From assembly GCA_963720755.1 (NCBI GenBank), contig CAVRGP010000011.1, positions 800,001-864,000 on the forward strand: a stretch of DNA of 64,000 nt, read 5' to 3'. The notes under the pieces are model-generated. The model did not search any database and had not been told where the DNA came from. It was given only the letters and a program-made list of their open reading frames with translations. The position numbers and the translations under genes are program-made. This document shows positions 50,401 to 58,994 of this stretch, in pieces (position 1 is the first letter of the stretch; every line of letters starts with the position of its first letter). This DNA is from an uncultured Chloroflexia bacterium (lineage in GTDB: Bacteria; Chloroflexota; Limnocylindria; Limnocylindrales; CSP1-4).

Positions 50401-51377
50401 GACTCGTGATCAGCCGTCGCCTGGCCGAGTTGATGGGCGGCTCGCTGACCGCCGCGAGCGAAGGTTTGGAAGGCGGGGGCTCCACCTTCCGACTGCGGTT
50501 CCGAGCCCCCGCGGCCCCTTCTGACGCCCTCCCGGATGCGACTCCGGTGCTGTCCAGCGACCTGGTCGGCAAACAGGTGCTGGTCGTCGATGACAGTCCG
50601 ACCAATCGCCGCATCCTCGTCGCCCTGCTGCGCCGATGGGGGATGGTGGCGCGCGAATCCGGCTCACCGCGCGAGGCGCTCGACTGGGTCAGGGCAGGGG
50701 AGCGCTTCGACCTGGGACTCTTCGATTACGTCATGCCGGATATCGATGGTGCCACCCTGGCGGGACTCGTGCGGGAGGCGGCCCCGGACGGTGTCTTCCC
50801 CGTCGTGATCGTCACATCGGCGGGCCAACGGTGGGTCGACGACCCGGCCGTCGCGGCGTCGGTGACGAAGCCGGTCAAGCCTTCGCCACTGCTCGACACG
50901 ATCCAGACGGTGCTGGCGCCGTCGGGCGGTGATCCGGCCAGCCACGACACCATCGTGGACGCCGCAACGATCCTGGGGGAGCGGCATCCGCTGCGGATCC
51001 TGCTGGCCGAGGACAACGCGGTCAACCAGAAGCTGGCCGTCAGGCTCCTCCGCCAGATGGGCTACACGGCCGACATCGCCAACAACGGCCTCGAGGTTCT
51101 CGAGGCAGTCGAGCGGAGCGCCTACGATGTCGTCCTGATGGATGTCCAGATGCCCGAACTCGACGGTCTGGAGGCGACCCGGCGGATCCGCCAGCGGTCC
51201 GGGCGGGACGTTGGCCCGCGGATCGTGGCGATGACCGCGAATGCGATGGCCGGAGACCGGGAGGCATGCCTGGCAGCAGGGATGGACGACTACGTCAGTA
51301 AGCCGATCCATGTGGATGCGCTTGAGGCGGCGCTGCTCGCAACGACGCCGACTCGAGCCGGGACCCGCGATGCCTGA
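47421..51377 (+). CDS. cytoplasmic hybrid histidine kinase (3 GAF, 2 PAS, HisKA, HATPase, 2 REC)
   Basis: Three GAF repeats (..YIALYD-like), HPDDR PAS, SHEIRTPMNAI, NLLSNSVKFT, GGTGLGL, VLVVDD, ILLAEDN..MDVQMP. Confidence 0.93.
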   Translation: MSDEAEMTGLAAARARIAELEAEHAERDATARVNAALYRIAETSAGSGDLQAFYASIHAIVADLMYAENFYIALYDPERELINFPYFQDAVDPDIPDPSGWEPFGIGNGGGLTAFVLRTAQVQHVPVERLEQLVAAGEATSIGSDGTDWLGVPLQAEGQLLGALVVQTYRPDEVYSDADVDLLAFVGQHVATALSRKRAVEEIRRQNAELAVVSEIGAGLAAQLEYDAIIDLVGDRIREVFEASNMYIAMYEETRGEIHFPYDFVAGNRQPTFPPTAIGEGLTSVVIQSGRPLMVGTTADMDAMGAIDDGGVETESYLGVPMAVGDRVIGVIAIQDFEPNAYDEDDARLLSTLASSTAVALDNARLFDDVRRRAAELEIIGRVSDAMASQLELEALIELVGEQMREIFVADIVYVALLDEETGQIEFPYYNEDGRRLEETPMVLGEGLTSRILISRQPMLLNRDDQFEALGTRGVGTLAKSWLGVPILVGDRAIGVISVQSSTQEGRFGEREMALLTTLAASVGAAIQTARLFRERELSEQRSLRLVEELPLAVYTDNPDETSTSTYMSPIVEEMFGYPRDEWLREGFFASVVHPDDRERITGQIEDALEGSGQKASYEYRIIAADGRVVWVRDDVWIVRDDDGTALYAQGFMLDMTDQVLAAAEIRRQKQYFESLVEINPVAVVTMDRDEIVTGWNPAAVQLFGYEVDEAIGTHIDRLLFAEDDLDEGRATTLAAAETGRAQLIGRRSRKDGTPVDVEIILVPLVVDGEHAGYYAIYHDITELQAARSEADAANAAKGTFLASMSHEIRTPMNAIIGMSGLLVGTPLDPEQRDYAETIRASGEALLTIINDILDFSKIEAGRIELDEAPFGLGSCLEGALDVIAPAAAAKGIELAYSIDPDLPFALVGDAGRVRQIVLNLLSNSVKFTEQGEVVVTVTGRRLDRRRAGGRWQIDVEVADTGIGISPDRMDRLFQSFSQADASISRRYGGTGLGLVISRRLAELMGGSLTAASEGLEGGGSTFRLRFRAPAAPSDALPDATPVLSSDLVGKQVLVVDDSPTNRRILVALLRRWGMVARESGSPREALDWVRAGERFDLGLFDYVMPDIDGATLAGLVREAAPDGVFPVVIVTSAGQRWVDDPAVAASVTKPVKPSPLLDTIQTVLAPSGGDPASHDTIVDAATILGERHPLRILLAEDNAVNQKLAVRLLRQMGYTADIANNGLEVLEAVERSAYDVVLMDVQMPELDGLEATRRIRQRSGRDVGPRIVAMTANAMAGDREACLAAGMDDYVSKPIHVDALEAALLATTPTRAGTRDA

Positions 51378-51735
51378 GATCCTGGACCAGGACGCTCTGG
51401 ACGGACTCCTCGCAATGGTCGGCGACGATCCGGAATTCGTCGACGAGCTCGTGGACGCCTACCTCGACGACGCCCCGCGCCTCGTCGAGCAGATCCGCAC
51501 CGCGATATCGAGTGGCGTGGCCGCGGACGTCGTTCGCCCGGCCCACACGCTCAAGGGCAGCAGTGCGAGCATCGGCGCGCGCGAAGTCGAAGGCGTGAGC
51601 CGGACGATCGAGGAACGATCCCGGGCCGAGGTCATGGACGGGCTTGGAGCCCTCGCAGATGATCTCGACGCGGCGGTCCGCCGGCTCGTCGACGTCCTCG
51701 ACGCGGCACGAGCTCGACGATGGGCGGCCCCGTGA
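51370..51735 (+). CDS. Hpt phosphotransfer protein
   Basis: AHTLKGSSASIGA. Confidence 0.9.
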   Translation: MPEILDQDALDGLLAMVGDDPEFVDELVDAYLDDAPRLVEQIRTAISSGVAADVVRPAHTLKGSSASIGAREVEGVSRTIEERSRAEVMDGLGALADDLDAAVRRLVDVLDAARARRWAAP

Positions 51736-52511
51736 CCGTGTCGGGCGGCCGGATCCTCGTCGTCGAGGACAGCCAGGTGATCCGCATGACGTTGACCCGT
51801 GCACTCGAAGTCCGCGGACACTCGGTGTCGGCGGCGTCGGATGGCGTCGAGGCGATGGACGAGCTGCACGGCGGCCGGTTCGACGTCGTCCTGCTCGACA
51901 TCGAGATGCCACGCAAGGACGGCTTCGAGACCCTCGCCGAGATCAAGGCGGATGAACGCCTGAGGGAGATCCCGGTCATCGTGATCTCGGGGATCGAGGA
52001 CACGGCAAGCGTCGCGCGGTGCATCGAGATGGGGGCGCTCGATCACCTCCCGAAACCGTTCGAACCGGCCCTGCTTGATGCCCGCCTCGGAGCGGCACTG
52101 TCGGCCAAGCGGTTGCGCGACCTCGAACTCGAGTACCTCGAGCAGGTGCGCCAGGTCACCAGCGCCGCCGAGCATCTCGAGCGCGATGACTTCGATCCGG
52201 CGGTGCTCGGCGGCGTGGCCGAGCGTCAGGATGCCCTCGGCGTCCTGGCCAGGACGTTCACCCGGATGGCGGTCGAGATCCGAGCTCGCGAGGACGCGCT
52301 CCGGCGCCAGGTTCGCGAATTGACCATCGAGATCGACGAGGCGCGCCAGGCGCGAAAGGTGGCAGAGATCACCGACAGCGATTACTTCCGATCGTTGCGC
52401 GTTCGGGCCGCAGCCTTGAGGCAGGATGTGCACGGCGCACCCGTCGGCGACATCGAGGTCGAGCCAGGGGCGACCCGGGCCGTAGCATCGGATCCGCCGG
52501 CTGCCGACTGA
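51732..52511 (+). CDS. response regulator with HAMP-like/coiled-coil C-terminus
   Basis: ILVVED, LLDIEMP, LPKPF, then DALGVLARTFTRM..IEIDEARQARKVAEITDSDYF. Confidence 0.88.
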   Translation: MTVSGGRILVVEDSQVIRMTLTRALEVRGHSVSAASDGVEAMDELHGGRFDVVLLDIEMPRKDGFETLAEIKADERLREIPVIVISGIEDTASVARCIEMGALDHLPKPFEPALLDARLGAALSAKRLRDLELEYLEQVRQVTSAAEHLERDDFDPAVLGGVAERQDALGVLARTFTRMAVEIRAREDALRRQVRELTIEIDEARQARKVAEITDSDYFRSLRVRAAALRQDVHGAPVGDIEVEPGATRAVASDPPAAD

Positions 52512-52564
52512 CGGGCCTTCGTCGACACCCCGTCGTTCGCTCCAGCCGGTACGCTAGCGCTCGC

Positions 52565-52651
52565 GCCGGAGTGGCGGAACTGGCAGACGCAGCGGACTTA
52601 AACTCCGCGGCCCGCAAGGGCGTTCGAGTTCGAATCTCGGCTCCGGCACCA
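52565..52651 (+). tRNA. tRNA-Leu(TAA)
   Basis: Cloverleaf, loop CTTAAAC, long variable arm, CCA. Confidence 0.95.
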
Positions 52652-52741
52652 CCTTTGCAGCATAAGTTGCCTGGCGCCTGGGCCTGCTCGGCCGTCACGG
52701 CTATCGGCCGCCATACGTGACCGTCTCGAGCCCGGGAGTGC

Positions 52742-52772
52742 AGAAGAGGCCGCCCGTCTGGCGGCCTCTTCT
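52742..52772. terminator. bidirectional terminator-like hairpin
   Basis: 13-bp perfect stem AGAAGAGGCCGCC / GGCGGCCTCTTCT between the tRNA and the convergent phosphoesterase. Confidence 0.75.
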
Positions 52773-52788
52773 ACGCAGGTGCGCTCGG

Positions 52789-53976
52789 TCAGTGCGCGAA
52801 GAATTCCTTCATCGAGGTGACTTGGGCGTTGTCCGAGGCGTTACCGAGGTATGGAAGGTTCCAGTTCTCCTCGATCGTCCGGAGCAGCGAGTAGTGGTTG
52901 TACGGCGTGTCACTGGTGTAGTGACGCGCGCCGTGCCTCGCGATCACGATCGCCGGGATCTGCCCGCCTCCGTAGGTGCACTCTGTTGCGTCGCCAGGGC
53001 AGTCCAGGATCAATGGGTGAACCACACCGGCGCTGTCGGTGTAGGTGGCTGGATTGCCGTGCTTGTCCAAGAACTGATAGCCGTCCGGCAGGATCGGTGA
53101 ATCGCAGCAGCCGGCGGCGCTGTCCCACTGGCCGTTATCCGTGTTCGCTCCGTTGAAGTCGTTCTCGTCGGTCAGGACGAAGATCGCGCTGTTCCCGGTC
53201 CAGGCCTTCGAGGCCATGATCTGGGTGACGGCTGTCTTCACGAAGGCGTCAGCCTTCTGCTTGAGCGACGCGTCGTTGGCGTCGTCCTTCGCCGAACCGT
53301 ACGGGCATGGCGTCCCGTCGTTCGCGCCGAGCTGGACGTAGATCCCGCCGTGCATGTCATTGCACTGATTCGGGGTGATCCAGACAAAATCGGCGACCCG
53401 GTTGTGCTTGAGATCGGAAGCGAAGTCCGAGTACGGCTTGATCTTCGCTCGTCGCGCCGGGTTGTTGCGGATGTCGTCGAACAGGATGAACGGATTGTGC
53501 TTGCTGACGTAGAGCTCATTCGTGCCCGGCGCCTGGTCCCCAAGGTAGCCGGCTGACGGCATCGACTCCATGTAGGCCGCCCAGCTGTGATGGCTGGCCT
53601 CGAGCTGGTCGACGAGGTTCGTGTGATCGAACCGATGGGTCGGCTGGTCATCGTTGACGAACCAGTTGCTCCCACTGATCGCGGCGACGTAGTTCGGCAG
53701 ACTCGGGTGCGTGACGCCGTAGTAATTGGTCGCCAGGCCATACGTGTCCGCCAGCGAGTTGATGAACGGTGCGTTCTTGTTTCCGATGACCGTCGAGTAG
53801 GAATGGTTCTCGAGCATGATCACGAACACGTGCTTGAGCGCGCCGTTCTGACCGTGTCCGCTATCCGAACCCCGGCCCTCCGACGAGTGTCCTAACGTCG
53901 AGCCGACACTCGTGACGGCAATGAGCGCGAGCGCTGCGGCTGACGCGCCAAGCCGCATCCTGCGACTGATCCTCAT
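52789..53976 (-). CDS. secreted phosphoesterase (acid phosphatase/phospholipase C family)
   Basis: RBS GGAGGAGG, signal peptide, HVFVIMLENHS, THPSLPNY, KHNPF, NDMH, DEND, YNHYSLLRTIE. Confidence 0.88.
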   Translation of the reverse strand: MRISRRMRLGASAAALALIAVTSVGSTLGHSSEGRGSDSGHGQNGALKHVFVIMLENHSYSTVIGNKNAPFINSLADTYGLATNYYGVTHPSLPNYVAAISGSNWFVNDDQPTHRFDHTNLVDQLEASHHSWAAYMESMPSAGYLGDQAPGTNELYVSKHNPFILFDDIRNNPARRAKIKPYSDFASDLKHNRVADFVWITPNQCNDMHGGIYVQLGANDGTPCPYGSAKDDANDASLKQKADAFVKTAVTQIMASKAWTGNSAIFVLTDENDFNGANTDNGQWDSAAGCCDSPILPDGYQFLDKHGNPATYTDSAGVVHPLILDCPGDATECTYGGGQIPAIVIARHGARHYTSDTPYNHYSLLRTIEENWNLPYLGNASDNAQVTSMKEFFAH

Positions 53977-54289
53977 GAGACAGACCTCCTCCTCGTGACC
54001 TGAGCGATCGACCGGGTGCGTCGAACGGCGGGGCGCGGATGACGGTGGGTCCGGACGAGACGCGGAGGCGATCCGGTGCGCGACACCCGGCTCCCGGGGC
54101 ACTGGGCGACCCGGTCGTTCCCGGATGGTGCCATGGCCGAAGCGCGTCGGTTGGTCGATTCCGCAGAGTTCGCGACGATATGGGAGACGACCCGAGGTTC
54201 AACGCATATGACGTCGAAGGTTCCGGTGCGTTCGGGCACCGCTTTGCAGGGCGTCGGTCATCGTCACGAAACAGCGCATGTCCGTCGGC

Positions 54290-54420
54290 GACTTCCCGGG
54301 GTTCAGTGGACAGGGTTGACCGGCAACCCAGCGAATGGCCGTAGCCTCAGGTGTTGCCCGCTTGTCCTGAACACCTTGAGCGAGTTGACTCGGAGTCATA
54401 GCTGAGAGCGCGGCCGTGAA
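54290..54420 (-). pseudogene. possible IS3-family right-end remnant
   Basis: GACTTCCCGGGGTTCAGTGGACA resembles an IS3 terminal IR. Degenerate H..ALSY.TP.Q (OrfB C-terminus-like) upstream on the minus strand. Confidence 0.35.
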
Positions 54421-54658
54421 GGATCGCGGGTCGGTGCAACCTTCGGCTTCGGCGGCGTTCGAGTTCGAATCTCGGCTCCGGCACCAGATCGGCGACTGAT
54501 CGTGCCGACCTGACCAGCCACAGGCGTCCGGGCCGACGACTTCGTAACGTTCCGGTGACGAACGGATGTGACCATCGCAAAGATGACGGACGACGTTCCG
54601 TGGCTGGCGACGCGATGAAGCGACCAGCACGACTTTCAAGATATTCGAGACCGACGGT

Positions 54659-55885
54659 ATGACCCCGCATCGATTCGGCGTCGGGGTCGGATTCCTGTTC
54701 GGGCTGTGGATCGCACTCGTCCTGGGCGATGTGCTGTCACTCGCCTTCTACTTGCCCTATGCGATCGCGGGTGCCTGGCTCGCGGTCCGCCGTCCCGTCA
54801 ACCCGATCGGCTGGTGCCTGATCGCGATCGGATGGTCGGTTGCGATCGCGACCGTTCGCGTGACCTCGGATCCTGGATCGCTGGCGACCGGCGCGGCCCC
54901 GATGACCGAACGGGTGATCGCCTGGGGCGCCGGGTGGAGTTGGACCGCGGCGCAAGTGCTGATCCTCATCCTCACCCTGATCTTCCCGAGTGGTGACCTG
55001 CCGCGCCCCCACAGGACAGCGGCGCGGGCCCTGATCGCGATCGGGATCGCGTGCGTCTTCCTTTCGATGATCCAGCCGACGCTGGCCGTGGGCACCTCGA
55101 CCGGTGGCGACATCGCCATGCTGAATCCATTCGCGGTCGTGCCCGACGCTTGGCTTTGGACCGTCCTGCCATCGGATCAGGGCCTGTTCCTCGTGGCGGT
55201 CCTCCTGCTCCTGGTCGGGGTCGGGTCCCTCTTTTCACGAGCGCGCCGAGCCAGTGGACTGGAGCGGGTCCAATATCGCTGGCTCGTCGCGACGCTGATC
55301 CTCGGGGCGACGGGAACCGCGGCCGGGCTGGTCATCTCGTCGTCGATGGGGATGGCGGCCGGTGACCCGCGTGCCGCCGACGTCACGCTCCTGCTGGCGT
55401 GGCTGCCGGCGATGATCGGCATCGCTCTCGTGCCCGTAAGCATCGGTATCGCGGTCCTGCGCTATCGGCTGTACGAGATCGACCGGATCATCAGCCGGAC
55501 GATCGGGTGGGCGATCGTCACCGGTGTGCTGGTCGGCGCATTCGTCCTGCTGGTCCTCGGCCTGACGAACATGCTCCAGTCGCTGACCGGTGGGAACACC
55601 GTTGCGGTCGCCGGGTCGACCCTGGCCGTAGCGGCCCTGTTCGCGCCAGTCCGCTCGCGCGTCCAGCGGCTGGTCGATCGACGATTCGACCGTAGCCGGT
55701 ACGACGTCGAGCGGCTCCTGGCTGACTTCGGAGAACGCCTTCGCGACGAGGTCGATCTGTCGACGATCAGCCGGGATGCTCGAGCCACGGTCGACGCGGC
55801 GGTTCGGCCGACCAGTGTCGGGCTGTGGCTGCGCGGTGGAGCGCCCGATCCAACGGACCGGCCCGCGAACGTCAGGACACCCTGA
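54659..55885 (+). CDS. multi-TM membrane protein resembling a kinase sensor module without a kinase domain
   Basis: RRPVNPIGW, IAVLRYRLYEIDRIISRT, RRFDRSRYD..FGERLRDEVDL, ending at the start of a GAF-like segment. Confidence 0.75.
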   Translation: MTPHRFGVGVGFLFGLWIALVLGDVLSLAFYLPYAIAGAWLAVRRPVNPIGWCLIAIGWSVAIATVRVTSDPGSLATGAAPMTERVIAWGAGWSWTAAQVLILILTLIFPSGDLPRPHRTAARALIAIGIACVFLSMIQPTLAVGTSTGGDIAMLNPFAVVPDAWLWTVLPSDQGLFLVAVLLLLVGVGSLFSRARRASGLERVQYRWLVATLILGATGTAAGLVISSSMGMAAGDPRAADVTLLLAWLPAMIGIALVPVSIGIAVLRYRLYEIDRIISRTIGWAIVTGVLVGAFVLLVLGLTNMLQSLTGGNTVAVAGSTLAVAALFAPVRSRVQRLVDRRFDRSRYDVERLLADFGERLRDEVDLSTISRDARATVDAAVRPTSVGLWLRGGAPDPTDRPANVRTP

Positions 55886-56117
55886 GTATCCGTCGGGCCA
55901 GCGTCGGACGACCGGCAGACAGCCGGATCGTCGCGGATGGTGCCCCGACGCACCTGATTGGTACGTTCGGGGGGTGTCACCACTACCCCGATCGGTGCCT
56001 CGGGTGCTAGCGTCCCAGTGAGTCAACGCCAGGGAGGTTGCCCAAGGGGTTCCCCCCGCCGGGGTGGCGGTCGACATCTTGGCGCCTGCGTGGTCGAAGG
56101 GGATCACGTGCCCGCCG

Positions 56118-57146
56118 ATGAGCGAGGGACCGGGCTTGAACAACATGCGTGATCTCCTACGAGGCAGTCCACAGATCGATGAGGCAGAGTTGGAACTCCT
56201 CCGGGTTCGGTCGCTCAAGCGACTCGGGAGCTTGACGGACCCGGACGAGATCGGACTTGTTGGTGCCAGGCGGCGAGGCAACGAACCTACCCAGGACGCG
56301 GCCGGCGACTCCGGCAGTGCACCCAATGACACGGACGACTTTCTCGTGGCATTCATGGAAGCCAGGCGGACCGACGCGCACGCCCCCGGGGAGGTCGTCG
56401 AGATGATGGGACTGGATCAGATGATCGAACGGGACGGACCGATCCACGATCCGGCCCGGGCGACTGCAGGCGCCGCCGACGACTCGACTGTGGCCGCTTC
56501 AGTCACCAGGGGCGATGCGGCCAGGCAGGTCGTGCTGTTCCCGGTCGATGAGCCGTCCGATGCGCCTGCGGTCGAGGACCTCGTCGGGTCGGCATCCGAG
56601 TCGTCGCGACCGGATGGACTGGACGCTGATGCGTCCGCGACAGGTTCATCCGCAGCGCCGAACCCCGATGCGCTCGCCTATTGCCCGTATTGTGCGACGT
56701 CGCTGCAGCCGCCGCCCAAGGCAGATCGTCGATGCACGCGATGCCGTCAGCGGATCATCGTCAGGCAAGTCGGCGGCCGGACCGTGTACCTCGCCGAGGC
56801 GGCCCTGCCGGTCTTCGAGGCGGAACGCCGCCGGATCGCCGCCGACGAGGAGTGGACCCGGCAGCGCGATCACTGGCTCGATCTCGCCCGCCGGACCGGC
56901 GCGTCCGTCGATCGGGTCGCGCGAGCCTCTCAGGAGCCCCCGTCCGAGGGCAAGGTCGTCGCGGCCCGCACGCTGTACCTCGCGGCCGTCGATCGGTCGT
57001 TCAAGGCCGCCACAAAACGTGGTCGATGGCAGGAAGCGGCCAGGATCCGTTATGACGAGGCGTTGGTCCTGTTCGACTTCGTCGGAGCGTCAACCCCGGA
57101 GGCCGCGCCGCTGTCCCTAGCGACGGCGGCGGAAGAATCCGCCTGA
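56118..57146 (+). CDS. hypothetical protein with zinc ribbon (start uncertain)
   Basis: Acidic disordered N-half, CPYC..CTRC, helical C-terminus overlapping the convergent gene by 30 bp. Confidence 0.55.
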   Translation: MSEGPGLNNMRDLLRGSPQIDEAELELLRVRSLKRLGSLTDPDEIGLVGARRRGNEPTQDAAGDSGSAPNDTDDFLVAFMEARRTDAHAPGEVVEMMGLDQMIERDGPIHDPARATAGAADDSTVAASVTRGDAARQVVLFPVDEPSDAPAVEDLVGSASESSRPDGLDADASATGSSAAPNPDALAYCPYCATSLQPPPKADRRCTRCRQRIIVRQVGGRTVYLAEAALPVFEAERRRIAADEEWTRQRDHWLDLARRTGASVDRVARASQEPPSEGKVVAARTLYLAAVDRSFKAATKRGRWQEAARIRYDEALVLFDFVGASTPEAAPLSLATAAEESA

Positions 57147-58337
57147 CTTCTGTTCTTCGGCGGGGCCACTGGCTGCGAGGCTCTCCTCCCCGAAGGCGAG
57201 CGCGCTGAGTCGAATGAGGCGTTCGGCCGCAAGGGACTTGGGGGCCCCGGTCACGATGGGCACCCCTTCGTTGACGGCCTTGAGATAGAGGAAGGCGTCG
57301 TAGGGCAGCTCGACAGCCGCTTTCGCGCCCAGGAAGCCTTCGACATCGCGCAACTTCAGGATGTCCCGGGCGAAGAGATAGTTCAGGGCGAAGATCGACT
57401 TGAGACCGAGGGCGCCGGACTCGCTGAGATATTCGAGCAGGGCCTGCATCACCTTGAGCGCCCCGATCTCTGGCGTGATCGGCAGGATCACAGCCTCCGC
57501 GGCTTCGAAGGTCGTGAGCGCCCGCTCGTCGAGGGTCGAGCCCCCGTCGATGACGATCATGTCGTAGGCCTCGAGCAACGTCGCCAGGATCTGGGCGATG
57601 TGGGCGGGAGAGATCGCCTCCGCGACTTCCGGTGCCGCCGGTGCAGCGAGCACGTGGAGGCCGCTGTCGTGACGGATCGCGTAGGCCCGCAGCAACTCCG
57701 GCTCACGCATGGCCGTTTCGTCGCGGACCACATCGGCCAGGGTTTGCTTTGGTTCCAGGTTCAGGAGCGTCGCAACACCGCCGAACTGGAGTGCGAGATC
57801 GACCAGGATCACCTTGTCGGGCCGCCTGGCGACTGCGGCCACCGCGATATTGGTGGCGATCGTGGTCGTCCCGACACCGCCCTTCGGGCTGAAGACGGCC
57901 ACGATTCGCCGGGCACGGTGCATCGTCACGCCATCGGTCGAGATGATCGGGGCCAGGTTCTTCGAGCGCTGGAACCGGAGCAGGAGCGCCTCGACCCTGG
58001 CCTCGAGTTCACGGGCGTCGAACCCGGGCGCGAGGACATCGTCCGCCCCTGCCTCGAGGAACGTGATCCGCTCTTCGACGTCATCTGTCACGCTGACACA
58101 CATGACCCCGACCGACGCCATCGCCGGCGTGGCGCGGATCTCCCGACAGATATCGATCGCGGAGCGCGTCCCGGCGGTCGTCCCGATGAGGACCAGCTGG
58201 TGTTCCGCGACCCGGGCGAAAGCTTCGTCCGGGTCCGATGTCACCGTGACGTTGTAGCCTGCCGTGCTGAGGATGGTCGACGTGGCGACCCGGATCTCCG
58301 GGTCGGATTCGAGGAACAGGATGGTGCTGGCGGGCAC
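57117..58337 (-). CDS. REC + MinD/ParA ATPase (CpaE/TadZ-like)
   Basis: Atypical N-terminal REC (LEAGADD), FSPKGGVGTTTIATN, VDLALQFG, AVNEGVP. Confidence 0.85.
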   Translation of the reverse strand: MPASTILFLESDPEIRVATSTILSTAGYNVTVTSDPDEAFARVAEHQLVLIGTTAGTRSAIDICREIRATPAMASVGVMCVSVTDDVEERITFLEAGADDVLAPGFDARELEARVEALLLRFQRSKNLAPIISTDGVTMHRARRIVAVFSPKGGVGTTTIATNIAVAAVARRPDKVILVDLALQFGGVATLLNLEPKQTLADVVRDETAMREPELLRAYAIRHDSGLHVLAAPAAPEVAEAISPAHIAQILATLLEAYDMIVIDGGSTLDERALTTFEAAEAVILPITPEIGALKVMQALLEYLSESGALGLKSIFALNYLFARDILKLRDVEGFLGAKAAVELPYDAFLYLKAVNEGVPIVTGAPKSLAAERLIRLSALAFGEESLAASGPAEEQKSGGFFRRRR

Positions 58338-58478
58338 GGAGCCTCCGCGGTCACGGGTTTGTTGATTGGGGTCGAGCTGAGATCCATACCGCCCGATGTC
58401 GGCGGCCGGCCATGAGGATACAACGGACGTATGGGCGCGGTCGGCCGCTCGACGGCGGGGCCGTGCTAGACTCCCGCT

Positions 58479-58545
58479 CTGTCCTTTCCGCTCCGTGCCG
58501 GAGGTCCGTCAACGGGGCAACCCCTTTGGAAGGAGATTCGCGCGC
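58479..58545 (+). promoter_or_regulatory. structured rpsF leader (putative S6:S18 autoregulatory RNA)
   Basis: TCCTTTCC can pair with the SD GGAAGGA around two small hairpins. Extended -10 TGCTAGACT upstream. Confidence 0.5.
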
Positions 58546-58980
58546 ATGCGCCGTTACGAACTCATGCTCGTCATCCGCCCAGATGTGGCCGATGACAAGA
58601 TCCAGGGCATCGTCGACCGGACGACCCGCCAGATCGTCACCGCCGGCGGCCAGATCGTGAAGGTCGCCCCGTGGGGTCGCCGAAGACTGGCCTACCCGAT
58701 CGATCGACACCGCGATGGCTCGTACCAGATCATCCTGTTCGAGGCACCATCGGACACGATCATCGACCTCGAGCACTCCCTCCTCATCACCGAGGAGGTG
58801 CTCCGTCACCTCATCACCCGGGTGGAAAGGCCGGCGAGATCGAATCGTGCGGATGGCTCGGACGGAGACGCCGCTGATGGCGACGACCTCCCTTCCGGCC
58901 TCGACGACGAGGACGATCTCGATCAACCTGAATTCATCGACGAATCCGAGAGCGATGCGGCTCCGGCCGCGATCGACTGA
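58546..58980 (+). CDS. rpsF: 30S ribosomal protein S6 (acidic tail)
   Basis: MRRYELMLVIRP, WGRRRLAYPI, VLRHLI. Confidence 0.95.
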   Translation: MRRYELMLVIRPDVADDKIQGIVDRTTRQIVTAGGQIVKVAPWGRRRLAYPIDRHRDGSYQIILFEAPSDTIIDLEHSLLITEEVLRHLITRVERPARSNRADGSDGDAADGDDLPSGLDDEDDLDQPEFIDESESDAAPAAID

Positions 58981-58994
58981 CGGGAGGCCCTCGC

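Larger units (their letters stand above)
52619..54486. mobile_element. 1.9 kb integrase-less islet at tRNA-Leu(TAA)
   Basis: 33-bp exact repeat GGCGTTCGAGTTCGAATCTCGGCTCCGGCACCA at 52619-52651 and 54454-54486. Confidence 0.7.

Noticed and set aside
54290-54398. Long imperfect stem as 6S RNA, SRP RNA or a riboswitch
   Set aside because: It lacks the conserved motifs of these RNAs. The pairing is modest for GC-rich DNA and an IS-end remnant fits better.
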